From assembly GCA_030390025.1 (NCBI GenBank), contig CM059426.1, positions 196,478,001-196,542,000 of the forward strand: a DNA stretch of 64,000 nt, read 5' to 3'. Shown one piece after another: positions 36,831-51,029 of this stretch. The position numbers and the translations under genes are program-made. The DNA is from Squalus acanthias (Eukaryota). A model generated the notes under the pieces. That model was not told where the DNA came from, did no database searches, and saw only the letters and a program-made list of their open reading frames with translations. Each line of letters opens with the position of its first letter. Position 1 is the first letter of the stretch.

Positions 36831-38029
36831 AAGTAGCCGGGGGTAATCTATGAAAAGGAGACGGAAATTAATATCTACTTCTGCAACTCTCGTAAATAAC
36901 AAGGATTTAACCTCATAAACCTGAACATGTTCATTATTTAATTATGTCACTCAACCTATATGCATATGTTTTAAAAAAACGGGGAACAAGGACTAGTAGG
37001 GGTGTGGAGCATTCTGAGAATCGCCGGGAAGTAGATTTGAAACCTTTGTACAGCCAGCCGACTCAACACCGTACTTCTCGCTCACGTATCTCCAGCAACC
37101 CGTCGATACCAGATTGGTGCAGCCTGTAGCCTCAGTTGCCATGCCAGTGTCCTGTTTTCTGTTGACGTCAATACAGAGAAAGTTATAGGCAATTATTTTA
37201 GAATGCATCACCAATTGGTCCTATTGGAGCTAGAGCACACCAACCGGTCAGCACCACTGGTAAAGTGGAAAGATGGCTTTTCTCACTCTTACTGTTTTCA
37301 GCGGGAGGTGAAAGTAAAAGCAGGTGCTTCCACACCCTGATAAACTCGGGGTGTAATTACACGGCCATTTTCGTGGTAATGTAAAACGGTTTCGGGTGCA
37401 CGTCAATGCAGAAGTGCGGTTTAATTTAGCAATTTGATCCTAATCTGACTGTCCAATACACGACGGCCAGGCAGTGTTGAGACTCCTTCCAGGAGGTTAT
37501 CCCACATCACTTGAGCTTCACAACAGGTGACCAGGCTGGGGCGAAGCCAAGTTGGAAAAGGGACAAAGGTGCTCAGGTGATTCTTGGACCTCCTGGACAC
37601 TTTATTAACGAAGTTATGGAATCTTTTGATGTTATAAGAAACTGGAGCCTTTCCCGCTCTAACATTTCAAAAATATCTCGGGAAGGGATGTAACCGCGCA
37701 TGTCCGGAACGCTCTCCTGATAGGCTGAGTATGAGTCGTAACTCACAGTATAACTCCAGTCTTGGCTGTGATTCGCACTCGTCAGCTACCAATTTCAGAC
37801 CATGAGGCAAGTATAAATGCAACCTAGAAAAGTATCAGCCCCAAATTAACATTTTTTTAAATCATTGATGATATAACTGTCCAACCCCCCTATAATAGAT
37901 CCTATTATACAAACATTAAGGATCAAGATATAACTTTAGTCGCTGGATTGAACTGCATGAGATTCTTTCTGTTCTTGACTCTTACACCAGCTACCTCTGA
38001 GCTATATTAATATCCTTTCATAAGATCAT

Positions 38030-38320
38030 ACACATTACATATATATATATAATGTAATATGTATGTACATATATACTACAACTACTACTAAACTCCCGTC
38101 GGTCAGTTCAGCAGCGACGATGGGCCGAATGTATGGATCTATCTGTAAAACTCCAATTCCTCGAATACATATAATACGCATACATGTTATATGTTTAATA
38201 TATATTATATATAAAATATACACACATATATAAATATGTTTGACTATTTTCTATATATAATGTGTGTGCATATATATATTAAACATGTACTCTGTGTGTA
38301 TTATATATATTCGATGAATT
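38030..38320. repeat. (TA)n-rich low-complexity region
   Basis: Interrupted TA and CA dinucleotide runs. Confidence 0.7.
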
Positions 38321-41300
38321 GGAGTTATATTTAAATATACAGATAGTCAGATCTATACATAGGAAAACTGACTATATTAAACTATGTTTATTATATCAAG
38401 CTTTGAGGAAACCTTTATTAACACAGATATTATATATAAATTACTGTTCAGGAGAAGAACATTTAAACATTTTAATATGGGACGTTGCATTCCCTTTAAC
38501 GGCATCACTCCCGAATAACGCAAACATTCCACTTTAACCCGTGCCTGATCTTCTCAAATAGTTAAACAGCACTGGCAGCTGGGCTGGTTATTAACACGTC
38601 AAGCGAACCTTCTGAACGTTTCTGCGACAAAAGTGGGAAATAGATAGGATGTGCGTGCAATATTTCACTTGCACGTACTAAAGGGATAGTCTAAAACTGT
38701 ACATAAATGACCCAGTGCTCGAGGAGAGTGGATGTACTTCAGTCTGCGCTGAAAATAGAGAGGGTCGATTCACCTGACTGACTGCAGAGGGCGCAAGAAT
38801 CCTCCAAACGATGGGATCGTACAAGGCGATAAAGGGTTAATTTCAGCATTAGTATATATGATTTTTTTTTAAATCTCAAGCATACTTTTATAAATTTGAA
38901 ATAGAGTATGCCTTCGTTCCCAAACTTTACAATATCTGTTTATGGTGTTAATAGTTTCATATATACGAGGACATCTTATTGCAGCCATGCTTTCCTTTGA
39001 GTACCCAGGGTTCGAGTTTTGAAAGTTCTAATATAAACCTTTCAAGATTATCCTTGATCACTAGGGACAGGGACAATATTGTAAAAAAAAATTAAGGAGG
39101 GGATCTGGTTTGCGTATCACACTTTAAGATACTTAACGAAAAAAATACAAAGAGAAATATTGAGTCCAGTTGTAAATTGCAGAAAACAACCCGCAAAGCA
39201 TAAGAGAAGTCAGAAAGATTATGGACCAATGTTGCTGGGACTCTAAGTAGACGCGTGATAATCTGTATATTAAACAGATGAAACCAGAATCCCTGAAAGC
39301 GCCCAGATTGCTTCATATAAAACACAACGTCCAACCAACATCTCCTAGAATTCTTCCCATCACAAGAACGGTGTGTGCGACTTTCACTCAAATACAGCCC
39401 CGAATGAATTATTGAGAGGAATTGATAGAAGATGCCTTTACCATTTGTTTTGGGGAACTGTTGGTCGCTGATGCTTGTTTTCTCTCTCTAAACGGCCTTT
39501 GCCCACGTTTACAGTGGGACAATAAATGACACATAAAATAAACTGCGTTATGGCTTATTTGACATGGACCAAGCAATTTACAAGGCAACATGACACGTTA
39601 CATAAATCTGGTGGAAACTTGAGTAGAATTCGGTACAGTTCTACCTTACAGCAAGCTGCAGTGCTGCCAGGATCAATTCGCAGCTTTATTCTACATATAT
39701 ATCACACGCATAAAGAGTATTAATAAAAAGCCTAAATTTCTCCCGTGACTGGTATACCATTCGAATCTCAGTTTCATTCACACACAAACTGGAATTACCA
39801 ACCTAAGTTTCCCTTATGAAAGCGACGCTCTGTATATTTCAGAACAAAGTATAGATGTTTCAAAAAAGGCACTAAATGATATGATCACGTTTCAGATAGA
39901 AGTAGATCAACATTTGTATGTCGTTTTCTTTCATGAGTGTTCAAAGTTTCGTAATATCTTATATAAATTAATATATTGGCCTTATCCTTATTAAAACGAT
40001 TACTTTCAAAGCCAGTTTTCTATTATCTCTACCAAGGCCTGGTAGCCACCTATTCATATTTTAAAATCTCCCTCTCGCTCGTTAACAGTTGGTTAATATA
40101 TCAAAACATGATTGATATATTAAATACTGGAATTCTGCAAGCACATTTTTATTTCTATTGTCTATGTTTGCATCATTGGAATGTTTTTGGTGCCGGGGGG
40201 TTTTGCTTTGTTAACAGTTGTGGTGCCAATTTATAGATCTCTAATTATAATTTCAGTTTAAAGAGATACCTCTAACATTTCAGGACTTACACCATAAATA
40301 TTCAGAACGCACATTTTTAAAAGACGTATTTACATTCGCTAGAAATGAGTCTGGTAAGTTCAGAACTTGAGAGTGTTATTAACCAAGTCCCCCAATGATG
40401 TAGGGCAGTCAGGACAAGTTAACAGAAATTGAACGCGTTCACTCAATGTAGGCCTACTTTGAAATTGACCTAAGGAGAGCTCATAGAAGCGGGATTCGCT
40501 TGTTCGACTTCCAATTTCAGTCTTTGTACTGAATGAACCACAAAAATCCGTCCCCTTTTAACCCGCAAGCCAGCAATGATCCCTATTCAAATACTTGTGT
40601 GTTTAGAAATTGCCTTATCAGTTCTCAGATTTTGGAAATAATTGGCAATTATATAAAGTAATTTTAAAATACTGTCCAAGTTTTAGTCAGGGATATTGAA
40701 TGGACTGATTTATTTTTCCTCCTAAATTAAAATTGGACATATCGAATATCTGAAAAAAGTGATGTGGGTATTTAGCGGATGAACTAGCTTCTGGAACTGC
40801 AGCTAAATAGAGTAAATAAATCGAGCGATATTTATCTTACATCAGGTCTGAAGTCATATTTTAATAATTCTTCGAGACAAGACAGTGAGTGTTGTAAATG
40901 AGCTCGGTGAGGTGGGCGGCAAAGGGCGCTGGCACATACTTTGCACTTGTTGCTTGAGGATTCCCACCCGAGAAAACTGACAACTGCAGCAACTCGTCTA
41001 AAAATACGCCGTCTTACGGATATTTCCTTCCAGTTTACTTTCAACCGATTCCATCTAGCTCGTGTAACCGGTTCTATTCCTCCACAGACAATTCTCGTCC
41101 GCCAGGTCCCATTTGCAAATGTGTTCGCAGCGTGTGCGCTGGCTGTAAAAACGAAAGTGATGCGGGGATGTGAAGTCTGCCGTGAGTTTTATGAAAGCAA
41201 CTCAGAAAACAAGAGTCGGGTTATTGTGGCTGGAATGTGCTCCGAGTTGAAAGGAAATAAAGACAATTGCTTCTCCATCGATCAAAACACAAGAGCTTGC

Positions 41301-43986
41301 TCTTACCTCCACCTGGCCTTTGTAGTTTGATTAAGTGTGTCTGCCCTTTGAATTCATGGGCTACAAAAGCTCTTGGCCTCGCTCAGACAACCGCGTTTTA
41401 ACCCTTTAATCACTGAACTGTCCTTGCGAGGCTGCTTGTCACAGCGGCGGCAAGAACTCCAGCAAACTAACAACAGAAAACTAAAGTGGCCTTAAAAGTA
41501 AAATAGAACGGGCATTGACTTGATGGAACAGCGTGGCATAGTTGCTGAATATAATCGGCTTTGAGTGAATCGACAGTTCTTTAAAATCAAATACGAGTAT
41601 TTTTGTTAAAATGAAAAGCTTAGCACGGAGGAAGCAAAATGAGTGAGTGACACATTGCCAAGACGGAAGGATTAAGCAGCTATAAGCAGAGTGTTCAGTG
41701 AGCTAACTGGTTAATGTCTATCAATAGGTGATTTTAGAAAAACAAATGATTATTAAATGTCTGTTGGCCAGGCTGGATGGCGCCACCACACTTTTGTTTA
41801 AGGGAAACACAGATTCTCACTTCCAACTACCCGTTGCGATCCTTAAAATGAAAAAAAAAGTGAGTTTTATTGTTTGCTGTTTAACCCCAGGCAAGAGAGA
41901 GAAAAAATAAAAAGACGATCACCCGATGAAAAGGACCGGCAAATCTCTCCTCTTTTGTGTGAGCTGTTCTTTTCAGCCGGAGCGTCCATCCGTATGATTC
42001 CGAACTTATTGTCATTACTTATTTATTAATTGTTGGCATATGGGGTGTAATTGAGCAATGAGACTAGCCCTCGGGGCAAATAAAGCGAAGCCGAGAGTGC
42101 AATAATGTCACATTTTCTGCCGAGCTTCTTCAGGCATCTGCCTGTGATTGAGAACCGCCGACAAGCCTTTAAATGGAATATTGACATCAAAAGAAAATGT
42201 CGGGATAGACTAAAAGGGATGTCGGATTGGCGCGGAGCTACACAGAGACTCGACATTTGTCTGTCACCTCCAACGCCATTGAAGTTTTATATTAAAAAAA
42301 CCGGCGGGGGCGATGGACAGGGGGTTCACTGCCTCAGCCACCCGTGAAAAATCGGTTCCTAAACAATAAGCGGGACTTTTGCTCGAGGTCACGCTCTTGA
42401 TTTTTGCCCCTTGAAGTTAAAAGGGAGGCTTTCTGGATCCTGTTTTGCATTGTCATGCCCAATAATCCCAAACAGAGCCCTCAAAATGCCTTGATAGTGG
42501 TAGCTCGCAAGGAAATATACTAATAGACCTGTTGAAACATCTTTTAAAAAGCCGACTGATCTGCGCCCCACAGTATTAATAATTAGATACTGGGGGTATA
42601 ATTTAAGTGTAAAATATATAATCAATAGGTTTTTCTTTTAAATCCGGAAATAATTCTGTTGTCACAGGATTTCATGAAATCCCATTATTCGCGATAGGAA
42701 ATGATCACAGAAATATAAGGGAAACGTTACTGAGCCTCTAGTGGAAGAGGGAAAATTCATTCCAGTTTTTGGAATGATAAGGGGTTCCGCTTTGCCCCCC
42801 AGCTACAGTCAAACTGGAGCCACACTGCGCCTGCAGAAGATTGCCTTTTCTTGCTCATTACAGCAATTATTGGCCAAAGACTTCCCTCATCTGGCGAAGA
42901 AAGACAAAGCTTAAAGATTAAACCACGAGACTCGAGCCGAAGGGTCAAAAGTGACAAAAGTCCTGGTCACTTGGGTTTTTTTGTTTAACCTCAGGGAAGG
43001 CGAATATAGAAAGAGGTGGGACGGGTGAAGAACTCGTGGACTCTCAGATACTTACAAAACCGGAAGAAGAAAAAAGTTGTTCATGTGGGCGAGGGTGGGG
43101 AGAACACCGTCTCTTTGCATTAACAACCATTGACTCCTAGAATTACCTTTCCGTACAACAGGACCACGGAAGGTCATGGGGGGGGGGGGGGGGCAGTGGT
43201 TTTATTGATCGATTATAATTCTCCATTAACTGAAAAGTAGTGGACCAATTTTCACTATAAAACGATATGAATTTGATGCACTAAACCGCTTTGACACAAT
43301 CATTTATGATTATGTAACCAATTGTATATTAAAAGCAGAGAACGATTTTGAATAGTTTTTTTTTTAAAGTCCAGAAATACTTCAGGTTTGTAAAACGGTG
43401 GTCCCTCAGAGCGTCGGCGCCGATGCAAAAACCTACAGAGAATTCTTCAAAGCAATAGGTACCAGCTGTAGAAATATTTCAGTTGCCCGCAAATCGATAA
43501 TGACAGTGTAAATACACAGTCTAACACCAAAATCCTCAATGCACAACAGAACGGCATCATTCAATTTGCTGCGTTTAAGTCTGTTAAGACTTTTAAAGCC
43601 AGTTATTTTTAAACTGAGCTGTAATTTCTTTTAAGTGTTTGTCTTATTGGAAAATCGACAGGACCGAAAATAAATGCAACTGCGGTTACGTCAAATTCAT
43701 TTTAAAACAATTCTGTAGAAACTGCTGGAGAAAACATAGTATAAAACAGCCAGAACTGTTTACTTTAGATATATATGTAAACAAAGATGATGTCCCTGCA
43801 GTCAAGAGCACGCTTTGGTTTTTTTTTAAAAATAAAAAAACAAAAAGGAAACAAATCTAGAGAACCGATTAGTCGGAGTGCCAACATATTGGGTTGTGAA
43901 TTGTCAACATCGATTTCAGTGTAAAGTTCTGAAACGATTTCAAATAAAAACACTATCACTTTAAGAAGCTACTTGAAACACTTACA

Positions 43987-43992
43987 TTTATT
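43987..43992 (-). terminator. Candidate MSX1 polyadenylation signal AATAAA
   Basis: tttatt on the plus strand, about 180 nt past the stop codon in an AT-rich 3' UTR. Confidence 0.45.
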
Positions 43993-44171
43993 TAACAAAT
44001 ATATGCATAATATAAATGATAAAACTTCAAATATACAGTATATTACATAGTACACAAACTCCCTTCCAACGGGGGAATCTTTGCAAAACAGACGGGGAAG
44101 AAAAGTTCAATAGAATTTCTGTTCTTTTTTTTTATAAAGAGTACTTTCTTCCTCTTCCCTCTCGGTTCCTT

Positions 44172-44617
<446 letters not shown>

Positions 44618-44908
44618 TTAATTAAGATTCATTTGCACTCGCCCCCCCACCCGCAAAAAAACCAATTATCTTAACGTTTACAACCGAAAAAGATTTAAAA
44701 TTTGAAAAGTTACAATCCCGGTTCTCTCGAACAAGTTTTAGCTTTCAAATATCACAGTGGGCTGATGGTTGGGCATTAAGTGACTTGGATTGGGAGCCAT
44801 TCCATGCCACACGTTAGATTATAGCAATATTACAAGTCAAGTTTGAAAGGATCCTGTTTTTAAGATCGTTATTGTCTATAAGCAGATGCTAAGCAAGGTC
44901 TCACTTAC

Positions 44909-45338
44909 TGGGAGGCGGGGAAAACCGGGAATCTTGCATCCACGGCGCCCGATCTTGTCGCTCCGTACTCTCCGATTTGACAAGTGCGTCTTCAGATATT
45001 TTTAACAGTCCCTCCACCGTGTAGGAAGTGTTCGCCGGCAGCGCGGTGGGCAGCGTCTCCTGCGCCGGCAAGCCGCCGATTCGAGGGCTGAGGTTCTGCG
45101 AGGTGCCAACAAGCGGCCCGCCGTCAGGAGCCGAGCCATCCCGGCTGGGTTTCCTGTCCGACATGAGCGCCTCGACACTGAACGGGAGCGGCGCGGGGGA
45201 AGCTTTGGGTCTGTCCATCTCCTCGTCCGCCGCGAACTTCGCACTGGTCTGCAGCCCTTTGCTGGAGGAGCGGGGCTCTTGGCTTTTCACGCCGCCTGTC
45301 GTCACTTGCACGGCACTCATGGCGGAACAAGGGGCCAT
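44909..45338 (-). CDS. MSX1: Msh homeobox 1, coding exon 1 (143 codons + 1 nt)
   Basis: Translates MAPCSAMSAVQ...ADEEMDRPKASPAPLPFSVEALM (eh1)...GLLKISEDALVKSES...PWMQDSRFSPPP, collinear with human MSX1. Ends at a phase-1 donor A|GTAAGT (GT at 44908-44907). Confidence 0.95.
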
Positions 45339-45489
45339 ATAGAGTAGATCCCTTTCCAAATGCAGCATTAAAAAAAAGAACAAATTGCAAAACGCCCCGA
45401 TGCTGCTGGGCCTGGTCCTGGAGTCCCCCGCTTCAAAACATTGTCAATTTCCTCATGCCACTGGGTTCCAGGCGTTAAGAAGAGAGACT

Positions 45490-45720
45490 TTGCGGGGGCG
45501 CTGTCCAATCAGCACCTTCAGGGGTGGGTCAGAGCGCTGCTATTGGCTGGCTCGCCGTGCCCGCCATCAATAATCTTTCGAAATAAATTAGCACTTAATC
45601 TGATTGGCCACTTGCTGGGAAGAGTTTATTGATAGCTCCGGGGCTCTAATCTCATATAAACACAAGTGCTCGTCGGGCAATTTAAGGGTAATTATCTGGT
45701 TGGGGGAGGCACGGTGACAG
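45490..45720 (-). promoter_or_regulatory. MSX1 proximal promoter (three CCAAT boxes, GC-rich elements, E-box)
   Basis: CCAAT at 45505-45509, ATTGG at 45542-45546 and 45603-45607, GGGGGCG near 45495, CACTTG at 45609; lies 150-380 bp upstream of the ATG. Confidence 0.6.
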
Positions 45721-45919
45721 CGAGTTCAATTTCCCTTTTAACTGGAGCCATGCAAGATGGGGGGTGGGCGGGGAAGAGGATAAGTTTGCATTGAAATTAG
45801 TGAAGAAATAAAATCGGAATTCCAGCCGTCCGCCCCCCCCCCCCCTCAAAAAAAATCGATTCTAATCATTGCATTTTTTCCTCTCTGGAGACATTTTGCC
45901 TTTGTTTCTCTGACTAGCA

Positions 45920-46100
45920 TCTAGGTTGCTAATTGTGAGTCTCAGCAATCTGTCACGATTAGTCAGTGGCTTTAATAGGCAGACAAGTTATGTTGTTTTT
46001 AGGCGCCAGCGGCGGCGCGATCAAAGGGACCAACTTCAGGGAGAGTATTCAAAAGTTGCTCTGCATCAAGAGAACAGCCCGCCCTCGCCAGCCCGCCCTA
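45920..46100. promoter_or_regulatory. Candidate MSX1 proximal enhancer (homeodomain, SMAD and TCF/LEF sites)
   Basis: TAATTG 45930-45935, CAGAC 45980-45984, GGCGCC 46002-46007 and ATCAAAG 46020-46026 cluster within 100 bp. Confidence 0.5.
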
Positions 46101-49100
46101 GCCCTAGGACATCAGGCCATTGAGTTTGAAAATGATGGCTCTTAGGCGATCGCACGCCACTTTGGAGGAGTTTGGGGAACAATTCCGTGTTAATATTAAA
46201 AAAGAGTGGGAGCGTATTTTATTCCGTGGGCCGCCGACAGGGCTCCGCCAGTAATGACATGTATATTTTTTCAAATGTTCTCTGGCTATATATATATATA
46301 TATATTAAACGAAACACATCAGCCTCAGTACTTAATTTCCAAATGTTATGACCGAGATATATATATATATATAGTTCTATGCCTAGCAAGAACATTTGTA
46401 ATATAATTAAATTACAATGCAATATGAGTGTCATCTTTAGGGAATAACAATTAAAAAAAAAAGCCCGAATTGTAAAACATGAACCTGTACAAATATTGGA
46501 GCATTTTTTGCTCTCTGTCTGATAGCCATTACATTGTTCCTTGGCGTGACTTCTCGGTTCCATTGGATCCCACAAGCTGCAATCATTTTACCACAACCGG
46601 CTAAAGAAATGCACAGCCACTTCCTTCTCGAGAACACTTGCAAAGAAATTCCAAGCTGGCATGTGGGCTATAAGGAATGGCTACTTGGTATTCGGGTTAA
46701 TCGTCTTTGTATTCGAAATATGGGACAGTGGCATTAGATAACAATATTGCGCAATTAGCATCCCAGACCACGCGTTCAATATAATGAACGTGGCAGGCGA
46801 AGAGCCATGATTGTTTTATCTTAATCACAACACAACAAAAATACGGGTTGGTGGCCGAGAACGAGGAAGCTGGGAGCCGCTGGAGGGATGTTCGTGTGTC
46901 ATTACTAAACTCAAATTAGTGAATAGAGAAGGGGAGTATTCCTCATGGAGTTGGCGACAGGACGATTCCTGTTTAGATTTTTCTACGGGGGCAACACACC
47001 AAGCCAATCCTATGGGGGTTGTATAATATTCGATTGGAAATGCTTAAGCATCATCTCCAGCGGATTAAAAGCACACCATGCTATTTACTGCAAATTCCTC
47101 AAATAAACCTGGTGGCGAATTTATGTATCTTGGATGATTTGTTAACGATATCTTCAACAGTTGTATGCATTATCTGGGCGCTTCTAAATAAGCAGTTTAT
47201 TGGGCGTGTTTCGCAAAATACAAGGACCCTGAGAAATAGGCAGCAATAGTGTGCAAGAATATGGCCTCAAAACAGAGATAAATCTGGAAAGAGTATTCAT
47301 TTAGTTGTTTGGGTCATTTTAACTGCCAAACCTACGCAGGTCAGTAAAACGGATACTGTCGCTTTAAGACTGCAGTTCAACCCTTTGGAGTTCGCATCCG
47401 TGAAAGGAATGCAATATTTCAAGTCCGCCAAATTAATTTGATCGCGAAATTATGATGCACTTGGAAAAGATGAAAGAAAAAGGCTGGCCGTCTCCTCCAA
47501 GATCTATATAATTATAGATAATATATCCTATTTCAAAGCAATTAGCTCAATCAGGCGTAACGAGGCACTTTGCTGCCAGCGAGTAACAATGCCTTACGGT
47601 TATTTAAACCTCAAGATGTCAAGCATACCCGAACACTCCCGTGGTTTGCCCAGGCTCTGCTGGGGGAAATAACAATTGGAAATGCTGTCCTGATGAGCAT
47701 TTCTGGTTTAAAACACACACATACATACACACACAATTTCAGCCTTGCTTTATACAAACGTTTCATGTCATGTTAATTTAATGATAGGGAATATTAAAGA
47801 ATTACTTGCAGATTGTAGGATGAGAGATTTCATGCTTTGTATAATTTGCTGCTCGCCCAACGGGGCATAGCTATGATTATAAATGAAGATTAATAAACAA
47901 ACTACGCCTTTAATTTACGCAAGACTGCCCTGATCTTTTTTGTAGCGCAGTAATTACATTTAAATAAAGCTGGATTGTAGAATTCCTTTTAATGTTGCGG
48001 GCTCTGTGATGTATTATAGACAAATGATATATTTGATCTTATTTTATCAGGAGACTGTAGGACAAACACTTTCCCCCCTCCTATTGCTCGCATTCATTTA
48101 CAAAAAGAAAACCGGAATTCACAAACATAGTAATTAGTTATTTCTCTGAAGTAAAAGTAAACATAACATCTTTGGCCGAGATAACGGGCAATGCCCAATT
48201 AAGTGAAAATCAATCTCGCCTTATCATTTATCACATCGCGATATCATACAGAGAACAAAGCGCAAAGTTTCCCCACTGTATGTCTCCGAGTCTCTTGCTC
48301 AGACACACTTGTATAAACACGTTCACTAACTTCATTGGAAAGCTAAAAGGACGGTAGCTAGCGGGGAGCACATGAACTTCTGTTGTGGCGTTTGTGGTAG
48401 GCCAGGGAAGGGAGACTTATTTCAAACAGTTCCATATTTCACGCGCATACTTGTATGCAGCGATGCTACCTCACAAATCCCAGTTCTTTGATGTTTTCCA
48501 ATTAACTTCAGACCTGTGCCCTTTTTTTCCCGTTAATGTCCACGAGCATTATCCGACTTTTCACACATAACCTTAACCATCCGAAGCTCCAGTGCCCTTG
48601 CCACTACAGAATAAAATGTAACAACACGGTATTTATTTTAATCCTATTAATGCTTTGATTATTAAAGCCTCTTTGATTCTGAACGTTTCTCTGCTTCCAT
48701 TTTATAACGCAAGATGGTGTTGGACAGAAAATTGTCTTTTTAAAAGCTGAAATAGTGTCCAAGGGGTTAGACAGGGAATGATACAATATTTTCAAAACTG
48801 GATCTGTGGGGCAATCAAGATATAACCTTTCACCCTTACACACACCTTAGCGATGGCTATTCAACAGGGGAGATTATTATTCCAAGTATATTATCAGGAT
48901 GAAAGGGACGAGTGGTTTCCCCCACAGAGACTGTTTAACTGTCATATATTTCAAGCTGACCTTCTGTTAATCCAAACTTCAATGCAGCCGAAAATTACTA
49001 GGGTCACTTCTGACGCCAATATAATTTGGAGTAAGGCGTTATCTTTCAAATTGGAATGTAGGGATAGGCAATTCACAAATTTGTTTTTATACATAGATTC

Positions 49101-49451
49101 TTATTACAATCCGTCTAATGAGGCGTCTGTGCTTCATTTTTGGACCCTAAAATTAACTCATCCTTTTCCTGAGTGGGCTTCCACACAGGAAATATATTTC
49201 TTGAGCCTATGTGTCCAGTAATTACACACACACAAAACACGCGCATGCAAGCTATTATTGAACCGCTGTATGAAAGAGTTAAGATGCTTTATGTCTTAAT
49301 GATACCATACAAAATGACAAGCAACATTTTTAGCATCGTCTGACGGTAATTAGAAGCTGGGTCGAGGCTTTGAAGAAATGGCTGCACAGACCGATAAGCC
49401 ATGAGCTACTTCACTTGCCACTTAAGATAAATGCTCGGAAGTGGCATTTAG

Positions 49452-49593
49452 AATCATAGAATGGTTACAGCACAGCAGGAGGCCATTCGGCCCGTCGAGC
49501 CTCTGCCGGCTCTCTGCAAGAGCAATCCCGCTAGTCCCACTCCCCTGCCCTTTCCCAGTAGCCCTGTAATTTTTATTTCCTTCAGGTACTTAT
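49452..49593 (-). mobile_element. CR1 LINE 3' end
   Basis: aatcatagaatggttacagcacagcaggaggccattcggcccgtcgagc, a typical CR1 tail. Confidence 0.75.
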
Positions 49594-50988
49594 ATATATT
49601 TAATATATAATATATTATAATTACACAAATAATAAAGTATAAATACTTAACTATACTACCCAAATATCCCTCAGAAAAATAATCTTCCTTTATGTATTTA
49701 ACGTTTACACCGTATGAGTACACTCACACGGGCAACGATTTTGATTTAAGTCCTGACCAAAGCTCCTTTCAGATGCTGACAGGCCTTGGTGGGAATTTCC
49801 TACATTTGCAGTTTATTTTTTTTTAAATCACTGTTCCGCCACGCTTGATACCATCAACATTGTAAAATCCCTATAATATTGTTTACAGAGATGCCAGGCA
49901 GTGGACATATTTGTGTCACTCTTTTTATTATATATTTTACAAAAGGAACACGATGCGCCACCTAACTTCGCGGCAGTCATAGTTATTGAAAGATGCTGAT
50001 CGAGGACGGACCTGGTTAATGAGAAACACCGCGCTGACATACAACAGTGGGTTACACTGTCCAGCTTATTAGATATGTTCTGTAGATTGGTGCTGATAAA
50101 AATGAATTATTGGAAGACCATTTTATCTCCAAGGGAATAAAATGTGAACATTTGAAGCGCTCCGACGCTTGTAATATTCATAAGTCTTTCCCAATTGTTA
50201 TTTAATCCATTGATAGTTTACAGGGCGCCACCTTTACAGTAGGATTTGCTGGTGAGAATCCCCCAAATCAGTAAACGGGTTATATGAGAGAGATATAATA
50301 TATAATAAAGTTTTGTGTTCTTGGCTGATTTTTATCGACGCTGCTGTTACCTTGTGTGAAAATGTCACGAACTCTCCACCTCTCCAAGCCAAGCCTGGGA
50401 TCGCACGGGCTATCTTATTTCTATTAAACCCTTTGAAGTAAGAAATGATCGATGTTACTATTGAGATGGCTAGCAATGTTGGACGTTTTCTCCAGAGCAA
50501 CTGTGTTAGAAAACGTAAAAGGCAATGAACAAACTGTGCCTGAATTAGAATGAACGAAATTAAGCTTTAAAAAATCAAAGAAATCAAAAGGTAGGATTGA
50601 ATGGATTTGATATAATGCGTTTTCCATTTGAAAATGCGTTGGATATGATTCTATCACATCATGATTTAAGCGGCGTGTACAGGCAGGACACTCGCTGTAT
50701 TTACTAACGTACAGTTTATAAGTCATCCTAAACACAGTTTATTCTTTCTCATCATCTTTCCTCGCTTAAGCTATCGGCTATTAGTGATTATTACTGAGTG
50801 CAGCTGAATTTAAATGATTCACGTCCAGTGCACAGACCATTACACAATTTCCTCAGACAAAATTTATAGTATCACATTTTCTTTCTCCATTAGCACAGAA
50901 TGGGAGGCAGGTAACGCAGCCAAGTGCGGATGTGTTTCCCTCACAGTACAACAATAAAAGATAAACCAGGACATCCAGGGAAACGACA

Positions 50989-51029
50989 CCCCCCCCCACC
51001 CCCCCCCCCCCCCACACACACACACACAC
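50989..51029. repeat. Poly-C plus (CA)n microsatellite
   Basis: Read directly. Other homopolymers: G16 at 43178-43193 and C13 at 45833-45845. Confidence 0.85.

Noticed and set aside
1-43000. Exons of expected syntenic neighbours such as CYTL1 (or STX18 on the other side)
   Set aside because: I recognised no coding exon by eye. Small exons cannot be excluded without tBLASTn.
43178-43193. Poly-G and poly-C tracts as functional G-quadruplexes
   Set aside because: Simple homopolymers are common and their assembled length is unreliable; there is no other support.
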